Assembly (NCBI GenBank): GCA_026417895.1
Contig: JAOACJ010000014.1
Location: 63-64,062, forward strand
DNA length: 64,000 nt
Reading direction: 5' to 3'
DNA from: Patescibacteria group bacterium
GTDB taxonomy: Bacteria > Patescibacteriota > Patescibacteriia > UBA2591 > CALHIP01
In this document: positions 39,365 to 47,900 of the stretch, piece after piece
Layout of the letters: the number at the start of each line of letters is the position of its first letter
Position numbering within the stretch: the stretch's first letter is position 1
Made by a program: the position numbers and the translations under genes
The notes under the pieces: model-generated
Told to the model about the DNA's origin: nothing
The model's database searches: none
What the model saw: only the letters and a program-made list of their open reading frames with translations

Positions 39365-41056
39365 TTATTTAGTTACTCTTAAAACCTCTTCAACTGTTGT
39401 TAAACCCAAAAAGACTTTTTCTAATCCATCTTCAATCATCGTCGTCATTCCTTTTTGACAAGCCAGAGTTCTTATTTCGTCGGTATTTGCCTTTTGCATA
39501 ATTCTTTCTTTAATTTCTTCTTCTGGTTCCAACACTTCAAAGATACCAGTTCGTCCTGCATAACCAGTTTGATGACAAGCTTCACAACCAAGACCATGGT
39601 AAATTCTTATTTTTTCCTTATTTTGAATTGATTTTAAAAAGCGAGTTGGTAAATTACCAACACCGCTGAGTAAACTAAGAAATTCTTTCTGACTAATTTC
39701 TTCACTGACAATACACTTTCGACAGATAAGCCTGACTAGTCTTTGGGCAATGATGACATTGACTGTCGAAGCAATTAAAAACGGCTCAATGCCCATATCC
39801 ATTAGCCTAACTATGGTTGTCGGCGCATCATTGGTGTGCATCGTCGAAAGAACAAGATGGCCGGTCAAGGCGGCATTAACAGCAATGCCAGCTGTTTCTT
39901 GATCTCGAATTTCACCAACCATTAGAATATCGGGGTCTTGTCTAACTAAAGCCCTTAACCCTTGAGCAAAGGTTAAATTTGTTTTTGGATTAACTTGAAT
40001 CTGATTAACGCCCTCAATGTCATATTCAACCGGATCTTCAATAGTGGCAATATTAATATCTCTTTTATTGAGAATTTTTAAAATGGCGTAAAGGGTAGTG
40101 GTTTTACCACAACCAGTTGGTCCGGTAGCTAAAATCATTCCCCACGGCTTTTCAATATTAGCTCGGACAACTTTTTCATCTTTTGCTAAAAAACCAAGAT
40201 CTTCTAAATTAAAACGTCTGATCTTTTCGGAAAGCAATCTTAAAACTGCCTTTTCTCCTTTAGTCACCGGAACAATCGAAACACGGATATCAACTTTTTC
40301 ATTTTCGAATGTTTCTGAAAATCGACCGTCTTGAGCGGCAAAATGCTCATCAGTTCTGAGTTTAGCCAAAAGTTTAATTCGGGAAATAATATAATCATGA
40401 ATATCTTTTGGCAATTCTAAAACATCATGAAGAATTCCGTCAATTCTGAATCGGACAACTGTTTTTTTCTCAAATGGTTCGAAGTGAATATCTGAAACTC
40501 GATTTTGATAAGCGTAATTAATAATTGTGTCTAAAATTTTAATGATCGGCAACTCTTTTTCCTCCTCTTCTGCTTTTTTAGTATATTCTTCAATCAGATT
40601 TTGAAATTCTTGCTTTAATCCCTTTTTGTATCGGACTAGATTTTCTTTTAAATCTTTTTCGGTCGCATAATAAGGGATAACTTTAAAACCAGTCTTTTTT
40701 TCGATTAAAGAAATAATCTCTAAATCTCCCGGATTATTCATTGCTAGCTTAATTTTCATTCCTTTTAGATCTTGACCGAAGGCCATTACCTTTTGTTTTT
40801 TAGCCACCACTTCTGGAATTATATTTAAATCATCTTCTTTAATAATTTCTTTTTTTAAATTGACAAAAGGATAGCCAAGAAATTCTGCTTTGAGTTGTCC
40901 TAACTGTTCATCGCTCATTTTGCCTGAGCTGATAATTAACTCCTCTAAATTTTTGTTTTCTTCTTGAGCTTGTTTCTCTAAATTTTGAAAATCTTCAGGA
41001 CTTAAAAATCCCGGCTCAACTAGAATTTTCTTCAATTGTTCACTTGTTAGTTCCAT
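39365..41056 (-). CDS. pilB: type IV pilus assembly ATPase PilB (GspE family)
   Basis: Walker A 'GPTGCGKTTT', tetracysteine 'CRKC...CEAC'. Confidence 0.9.
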   Translation of the reverse strand: MELTSEQLKKILVEPGFLSPEDFQNLEKQAQEENKNLEELIISSGKMSDEQLGQLKAEFLGYPFVNLKKEIIKEDDLNIIPEVVAKKQKVMAFGQDLKGMKIKLAMNNPGDLEIISLIEKKTGFKVIPYYATEKDLKENLVRYKKGLKQEFQNLIEEYTKKAEEEEKELPIIKILDTIINYAYQNRVSDIHFEPFEKKTVVRFRIDGILHDVLELPKDIHDYIISRIKLLAKLRTDEHFAAQDGRFSETFENEKVDIRVSIVPVTKGEKAVLRLLSEKIRRFNLEDLGFLAKDEKVVRANIEKPWGMILATGPTGCGKTTTLYAILKILNKRDINIATIEDPVEYDIEGVNQIQVNPKTNLTFAQGLRALVRQDPDILMVGEIRDQETAGIAVNAALTGHLVLSTMHTNDAPTTIVRLMDMGIEPFLIASTVNVIIAQRLVRLICRKCIVSEEISQKEFLSLLSGVGNLPTRFLKSIQNKEKIRIYHGLGCEACHQTGYAGRTGIFEVLEPEEEIKERIMQKANTDEIRTLACQKGMTTMIEDGLEKVFLGLTTVEEVLRVTK

Positions 41057-41057
41057 A

Positions 41058-41426
41058 TTAAAGGTGTTTTTTTATTCTTTCCACTACTTCCGGCAGTGAT
41101 TGTTGAGATTTAACAAGATAATCAACGGCGCCAAATTTCAAAGCTTTTTCCCGATCTTGTTCTTGACCCAAACAGGAAAGAATGATAATTTTTGTTTCTT
41201 TTATCTTATCACTTTTTTGTTTTTCGGCCAAAAATTCAAAACCATCCTTTTGGGGCAAAATCAAATCAAGGACAATCAAATCATATTTTTTTTCTTGAAT
41301 TTTTTTTAGGGCCTCTTCACCATTAAAAGCTGTTTCAACCTCTAAATTAGTCTCAGAACTAGCTAACTTTGAGGCCAAAAGTTTGGCCAAAAATTGATCA
41401 TCCTCAACAATAAGAATTTTTTTCAT
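41058..41426 (-). CDS. response regulator, receiver domain only (PilH/CheY-like)
   Basis: 'ILIVEDDQF...DLIVLDLILPQKDG'. Confidence 0.8.
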   Translation of the reverse strand: MKKILIVEDDQFLAKLLASKLASSETNLEVETAFNGEEALKKIQEKKYDLIVLDLILPQKDGFEFLAEKQKSDKIKETKIIILSCLGQEQDREKALKFGAVDYLVKSQQSLPEVVERIKKHL

Positions 41427-41487
41427 ATTGCGATACTAATACACCTGAGAGAAGCTAATGATGCGAATTTTTATCATCAATATTCAT

Positions 41488-42708
41488 TTATTTGTTGGTA
41501 TCGATTTGGTCTTTTAATTTCGTCTTTTCGTAGGGGAGGGTAAAATAGAAAGTTGAGCCCTTATTTTCTTCTGATTCAAACCAAATTTTGCCTTTTAAAT
41601 CATCGATAAGTTTTTTAACAATATAAAGGCCCAAACCAGTACCGTCGGGTTGATAACGAAGAGCATTGGGTGCCCGAAAGAATTTTTGAAAAATATCTTT
41701 TTGTTTATCTTTAGGAATACCAATCCCTTCATCTTTGATAGAAATTATAATTTCTGTATCAGTTTTTCCGGCAGTAATTTTAATTTTTCCGCCTGGTCGA
41801 GAATAATTGATGGCATTTGAAAGAATATTATTAAAAATAATCTCTAAGAATTTCTGGTCCAAGAAAACTTTAGGTAAAAACTGCTTTTCAAAAATAATTT
41901 TTAATCCCTTTCCCTCGATTAAAAAATTAAACTGTTTAATTTTTTCTTCTAAAAAGAGATTAAGGTCTGTCTCTTGACTTCTGGTTTTAATTGGTTTTCC
42001 ATCTAAATCAGTAATGGCTAAAAGATCGTTCACTGATTTCATCATTTTTATCTGGGCGCGCTTAATTTCTTCCAGATATTCTCTTTTTTCTACGTCAACT
42101 TTTTTATTCTCAAGTAATTCGTCGGTGATCCAACCAATTGAAGAAATCGGCCCACGTAACTGATGACTGGCAATGGTAATAAACTCACTCTTTTTTTCGT
42201 CAAGTTCTTTCAAAAAATCAATTTCTTTTTTAGCTTGAAGGGCAAGAAGAAAACTTAAATAACTAATAATCGCCACCGAAGAAAGACTTAAAAAAACGAA
42301 ATCAAGAAAAAACGAAATTTTTAACCAGATACTTAAACCAAACATTAAAAGATAATAAAAAACAATAATGATTAATAAACCAATGAGAGCTGGAATATGG
42401 GCAGTGGAAGCGGCGGCTAATAAAGGTAAAAAAATAAAAGGAAAAAGCGGGCTTTGGAAAGAACCGCTGAAGTGGATAAATAAAAGGATAAAAAGGGTAT
42501 AAAAACCTAAATCAATAAAAAATTTTTCATAACGCCAATATCTTTTTGAGATGAAAAATAAACTGATGAACGAATAAAAAGTCATGGCAACGATGATAGA
42601 TAGAAACCAGAGAGATTCTTTAGGTGGGAAAAAATAAAACCAAACGAGGAGAATCAAAATTAAAATTGGCACTACTAAACGAAAAATTTTATGATACTGT
42701 TCGTACAT
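41488..42708 (-). CDS. sensor histidine kinase (polytopic N-terminus, PilS-like)
   Basis: H-box 'ASHQLRGPISS', HATPase 'GTGLGLYIVKKLIDDLKGKIW'. Confidence 0.8.
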   Translation of the reverse strand: MYEQYHKIFRLVVPILILILLVWFYFFPPKESLWFLSIIVAMTFYSFISLFFISKRYWRYEKFFIDLGFYTLFILLFIHFSGSFQSPLFPFIFLPLLAAASTAHIPALIGLLIIIVFYYLLMFGLSIWLKISFFLDFVFLSLSSVAIISYLSFLLALQAKKEIDFLKELDEKKSEFITIASHQLRGPISSIGWITDELLENKKVDVEKREYLEEIKRAQIKMMKSVNDLLAITDLDGKPIKTRSQETDLNLFLEEKIKQFNFLIEGKGLKIIFEKQFLPKVFLDQKFLEIIFNNILSNAINYSRPGGKIKITAGKTDTEIIISIKDEGIGIPKDKQKDIFQKFFRAPNALRYQPDGTGLGLYIVKKLIDDLKGKIWFESEENKGSTFYFTLPYEKTKLKDQIDTNK

Positions 42709-42866
42709 ATTTAAATTTAAAGTTCAGAATCAACTCGCCAAAGTATCAATGTCTTTGATAAACATTATATCATAGAATTTCTTTAATGTCTAATTTTATC
42801 CACAGGACGGCAATTAAAAACGATGGTAAAATGAAATATCAATAAAAAAATTCCACCAGTTATTCT

Positions 42867-43334
42867 ATGAGTATATTCTCATACTTTCGTAAAATTTTCA
42901 TATTTCGCAAAAGCCTCTCTTTTTCCTTTCTCGAAGGTCTTCTGGTTATTGCCATTTTAGGTATTATTTTTTCCTTAAGCACCATTGCTTTCATTCGTTT
43001 CCAAAAAACTTACGAATTGAAAACAACAGCTAATGAATTGTTTCAGAATTTAAAAAGGGCGCAGGCTAAAGCCATGTCCCAAGAACAAGATAAAAATTGG
43101 GGGATAAAATTTGAGCCAGAAAACAAAAAATATTATCTTTGTTCGGATAATTGCACGACTAATCTTGAAACGTTTACTTATTCAACGAACATCAATCTGA
43201 CTTCTTCTCTCAATCCAATTATTTTCCAAAAACTTTCGGGTACACTGACGACGGCTGGCACCATCAATCTTAATCTTGATTCTCAGACTAAAACGATTAC
43301 TATTACGACAGCTGGTTTGATTATTCTTAATTAA
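42867..43334 (+). CDS. prepilin-like protein (atypical, Ser at -1)
   Basis: 'KSLS|FSFLEGLLVIAILGII' has Phe+1, Glu+5 and a hydrophobic helix. Confidence 0.45.
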   Translation: MSIFSYFRKIFIFRKSLSFSFLEGLLVIAILGIIFSLSTIAFIRFQKTYELKTTANELFQNLKRAQAKAMSQEQDKNWGIKFEPENKKYYLCSDNCTTNLETFTYSTNINLTSSLNPIIFQKLSGTLTTAGTINLNLDSQTKTITITTAGLIILN

Positions 43335-43404
43335 AGTTTTCCACAACTAAATTCTAGATTGTCAAAAAAATAATTTGTTCTATAATTAAACCGAAGGTAA
43401 GAAT

Positions 43405-43752
43405 ATGAAAAAGACTAATCTAAAAAAGACTAATGTAAAAAAGACTAAGAAATATACCACCGATGAGGTCAAAAGATATATGAAGATTTTGGCTGAGGAT
43501 TTTGAGGTCAAGGTGAAGGTTATTGCTGAGCAATATTTGAATATCAAAAAGACCCTTGATCAACACACCAAAATTCTTGATTCTCATAGCGCCATTTTAG
43601 CTTCTCATACTGAAACATTAGAAATTATGAAAATTGATATCCAATTCATCAAAAACTCTCTTAAAGAAAAAGAAAAAGTTGATCTGCAAGAATTTAAAGC
43701 CCTGGAAAGGCGAGTGGCTCTTCTTGAAGCAAAGATAAGAGTTTTAAAATAA
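43405..43752 (+). CDS. small helical protein, paralog 1 (T[KT]D[DE]-R-M-L-E family)
   Basis: 'TTDEVKRYMKILAE' aligns with paralog 2 'TKDDMREIMEMLEG'. Confidence 0.35.
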   Translation: MKKTNLKKTNVKKTKKYTTDEVKRYMKILAEDFEVKVKVIAEQYLNIKKTLDQHTKILDSHSAILASHTETLEIMKIDIQFIKNSLKEKEKVDLQEFKALERRVALLEAKIRVLK

Positions 43753-43762
43753 AAAAATAATT

Positions 43763-44674
43763 ATGAAAAGATCTTTTTCTCTCATTGAATTAATGGTTGC
43801 TTTGGGCGTTTTTGTTTTGGTGGCGAGCGCCATCATTTTTTTAGTCATTGGTAGTCAGCAATGGCAAAAGGTTTCTCAAGAAAGAGCAGTTGCTATCCAA
43901 CTGGCTCAAGAGGCGATGGAAGCAGTTCGTTCGATTCGTGACCGCGATTGGAACGAATTAAAAACAGATTCGCGGTGTAGTGAGCAAAATCTAAGAACAC
44001 GAACTTATGGTTTAAAAATTGTCAATAATGCTTGGACTTTAAGTACGCTTGAAATTGATAAAAAAGTGACCCTTAACAACAAAGAATATACCCGCCTCAT
44101 TAAAGTAGATTGTGTTTTTGAAAATGGCATTGCCAATCCAGACAAGAAAAAAATTACCGTTGAAGTTTCCTGGGGTGTCCTACCTGGTCGGTCAATTAGT
44201 TTAGTTTCTTATTTGACCAACTGGCGATCTGCTGATTTTGCCACTAAAACCAAAGGCGATTTTGAAGCCGGCGTTTTTGAAAACACTAAATTAATTGATG
44301 GCAACAATCCGATTATCAAACTTGATGATTTGGCTGGTGCCACCATCCGAGCTAATGAGTTTTTTATTGATGGTTTTACCAACACTTCAGAAATTACCAC
44401 TAACAAAAAAATCTCCTTCCGTTTTACCGCCCAAAACAACAAGACTCCTAATCAGGTCAAATTTTATATTAATCAAGTTTCTCAGCCTGGTACTTTTCGG
44501 GCTGGTTTACAGAACAATGCTAATGGTCAGCCATCCGGCACTTGGCTTTGTTCAAATATCTTTTCGGTCCAACAAAATTTCATCGGTTGGCAAACAGTTA
44601 ATCTTTCCGGTTGCCCAGCAATCGGTCCTAATACCGATTATAAAATTGTCCATCTCGTCATTGAGCCACAATAA
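43763..44674 (+). CDS. prepilin-type minor pilin / pseudopilin (303 aa)
   Basis: 'MKRS|FSLIELMVALGVFVLV'. Confidence 0.65.
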   Translation: MKRSFSLIELMVALGVFVLVASAIIFLVIGSQQWQKVSQERAVAIQLAQEAMEAVRSIRDRDWNELKTDSRCSEQNLRTRTYGLKIVNNAWTLSTLEIDKKVTLNNKEYTRLIKVDCVFENGIANPDKKKITVEVSWGVLPGRSISLVSYLTNWRSADFATKTKGDFEAGVFENTKLIDGNNPIIKLDDLAGATIRANEFFIDGFTNTSEITTNKKISFRFTAQNNKTPNQVKFYINQVSQPGTFRAGLQNNANGQPSGTWLCSNIFSVQQNFIGWQTVNLSGCPAIGPNTDYKIVHLVIEPQ

Positions 44675-44714
44675 AAGCCCTTTCTCAGCATTTAAAAATT
44701 AAAAATTTTAAAGT

Positions 44715-44963
44715 ATGCCTCAAGATAAAATTATTTTAAAATTATTAGAGCATGATGAACGATTAGAGAGAATCGAGGAGAAAATGGCAACAAAAGACGA
44801 TATGAGAGAAATTATGGAAATGCTGGAGGGAATTACCACCATTGCTCAGCGCCTTGATCAAGAAAGAATTTTTACGGCTGAATGGGTTAAGCGCATCGAG
44901 AAAGAAGTTGAAGAACATCGCCAGGAAATTATCAAAATTAAAAAAGTTTTAAAAATTACTTAA
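44715..44963 (+). CDS. small helical protein, paralog 2
   Basis: See paralog 1. Confidence 0.35.
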   Translation: MPQDKIILKLLEHDERLERIEEKMATKDDMREIMEMLEGITTIAQRLDQERIFTAEWVKRIEKEVEEHRQEIIKIKKVLKIT

Positions 44964-44990
44964 AATCTCAATCAATCTCTTTTGTAATTT

Positions 44991-47900
44991 ATGAGGAAAA
45001 AAATTTTTAAAATTTTGTTGCCGGGTTTGGTTACTTTAACCCTCATTTTTTCTTTTTTTGAATTTAACCTTCACTCTTTTTTTCTTCAGGCTCAAGAGGC
45101 AATGAAAATTGAAGTACCAATTGAAATGGTTGACTATGGCTTGGCTTCGTCAAGAGAAGCGACTCTTTTTAATCGGACAAAAATCTTTCTTGACCCCAAT
45201 GATTATCAAGCTGATTCAACCAATTACTTTTTTGAAATCGTGGCTATAAATACAGATGAAAGAGAGGGAAGAGTTGTCTTGGTTGATTCTAAGAAGCAAC
45301 CAGTCGCCGAGATTACTGTACCACCCCAGACCAATCAACCAGCCCGTTTTAGAACAAAAGAGCCTTTTAGTTTATCTCAGGATGAATATCTTATTATACT
45401 GGAAGGAACCTCAGCAGAGAATCAACTTCAGGTTTATGCCGCCAGAATTATTATTCAACAAACGAATCCTCAAGTAACAAGAATCCAAATTCCCTTAACC
45501 AGCGGTCCAGATGATAGTTATTCTTTTAAAGAGACAGCAATTGATCAAGTAGAAAGTGGAAATTATATTCAGCCACAACCTCAATTTTACCATCTCTGGT
45601 CCTATCGTTCTCTTGATTGGGTGAGTTTAGCTGAGAGTAATCCTTTTACCTTAGAAGCTGTTTTAGCCGGCGATATTAGTGCTGCACTTTTTGATCAAAA
45701 TAATCAAATAGTTAGTGGTTCAGAAATTTCTGTCTCCAGCCAAACTCCTCTTTTGATGCAAAAAGATTTTACTGATTTAGTTGATGCTACTTATCAGTTA
45801 AAAATTAGAGGTAGAGAAGGCTTAATTTATCGGGCTGCTCTTTATCTGAGATTAACCAATCCAATAGCTTTAGAAATTTATTATCGTTATCAAAGAATGA
45901 GACAGTCTCAGACAGCTGAAATTAGAAGCTATCAAAGAGTGCTTTATGATGCCAGCCAATTTCCTGAGCATCAGATTTATCATGAAGCAACCGGTCAAGG
46001 GCAAAACCTAATGGCTGTCATTTACGACCATAGTCAAAATGAGAGCGGTACTACCAATGGCAACAACATTGAATCTTCAGCTATTAATTTTAACTCATCA
46101 GAGAAAATATTAATGCGGACTTCTCCTTTTTCTCTAACCTCTGGCAACCGCTTTATTTATTCTGTTCTTGGCGAAAGTGGCGATTTAATTTTAACCAGCG
46201 CCTCAATAGTCATTAAAATTGGTCAGCCAAAAATTGACCAGACCCACTATCGCTGGCGCAATGATAATGGTGGAGAATTGGGCGGTAATTTTGAGGTAGT
46301 TACACTTTTGCCCAATGGTAATGGTGACGAAATTACTTGGACCCCTTATCCTAATACTCCCAATCATTATACTTTAGTCGCTGACGAAAGTGATAACTCA
46401 TACGTTTATAAAACCATTCAGACCGATCTGGCCATTTTCCGTTTCGGTCTTAAAGAAAGTAATGGTTCTGTCTCTAGTTTTTCTGTTACTTTGACAGGAG
46501 ATTATGCTGAGTATTCTTATCAATGGAGTGTTAAACCATCAAATGGTCAGCCTTGGACACCTAGCGCGATTAATGATTTACAGATTGGGGTGGCCTATAA
46601 TATACTTGAAGAAATACCAATACCAGGTAAAGGAGAGATACCTGAAGAAAAAGAAGAATTAGAAGAGTCGTTTCATATTGCAGACCTTTCTTTACCTACT
46701 GGTGTTGTCATTGATTATGTTAAAGTCTTTGTCCGGGCTAAAAGGGTCTGTCGTGTAGGTCCTGAATGGCCTCCAACTTATAATTGTACTGCTTTTACGG
46801 CGAAAATGTGGGCAGAGGTTAAGTATTATCCCGGCGCGACCTATAAAGCTGACGAGGATACGCCCGTGACCAATCAAGTAAAAAATAAAAATGTCCGTTT
46901 AAGATTTTCTTTGAAGAATACCGGCTCAGCTCCAGCGGTTAATTATCAATATCGCCTCCAAGTGGCTCCAAAAGGTACGGCTAGTAGTTGCCTAGAAGTG
47001 CCGCCTGAAAATTATACGGATGTGCCAACAGCTGGGAACTGTGGTTCAGCTGTTGCTTGTATGGCTGATTCTTCATATCTTGATGATGGCCAAGCAACAA
47101 CCTGGCAACTGAGTGGGCCGGGTGAAGATTGGACTTGGGCAGACGGTAAAATAGTTGAAAGGCCTTCTAATCAGACATCTCAATTTACTTTAGAAACGAA
47201 ATCTTTTACGGAATTTGAATATAATTTTCAATTCACTAATAATGCTATTGGCGGCGCTACCTACTGTTTTCGGTTATCAAATGCTGGTGAAGGTTTGGAT
47301 AATTATAATCAAATCGCGGCTATTACCTTATTACAAACACTACCATCTTTCCGTCTTAGAGTCTCCACACCCTTAAATTATAAACAGCCCTATAATCATT
47401 CTGAGCCGGCTAAAAATTTTAATGACTCCGCTTCTAATGTGCTTTATTGGAACGGCTCGTCTTGGCTGGTTCAAAACCAACAACCGATTTATCTTATTGG
47501 TTTTAGCGATGGTAGTTTTGAGGGAAATCCGTATGATGAAGAGAATCAAACCGATAACCAGATTAATAGTTCTTCAATAAAAATTGGTCAACAATTTACC
47601 GTGCCAGCTGGAGCAGCAACTCAAAAAGTCATTCAGACTAGCTTTTATCTTAAAAAGACAGGCAACCCACCAGATCTTCTTCTTACTTTAGAAAAAGTTG
47701 GTGGTAGTTCGGTTACAAAAACTATTTCTGCCAATACCGTCTCTAATCAATATGCTTGGGTCGAAGCACCAGCTTTTGATGAAGCCTTTAATTTAGAAGC
47801 CAATGCCACTTACCGCCTTTATCTTTCTTGTGCTGGCTGTAGTGCAAACAATTATTATCAAGTCAAAAGATTAAAAACAATGAGTGGAATCAATAGTCTG

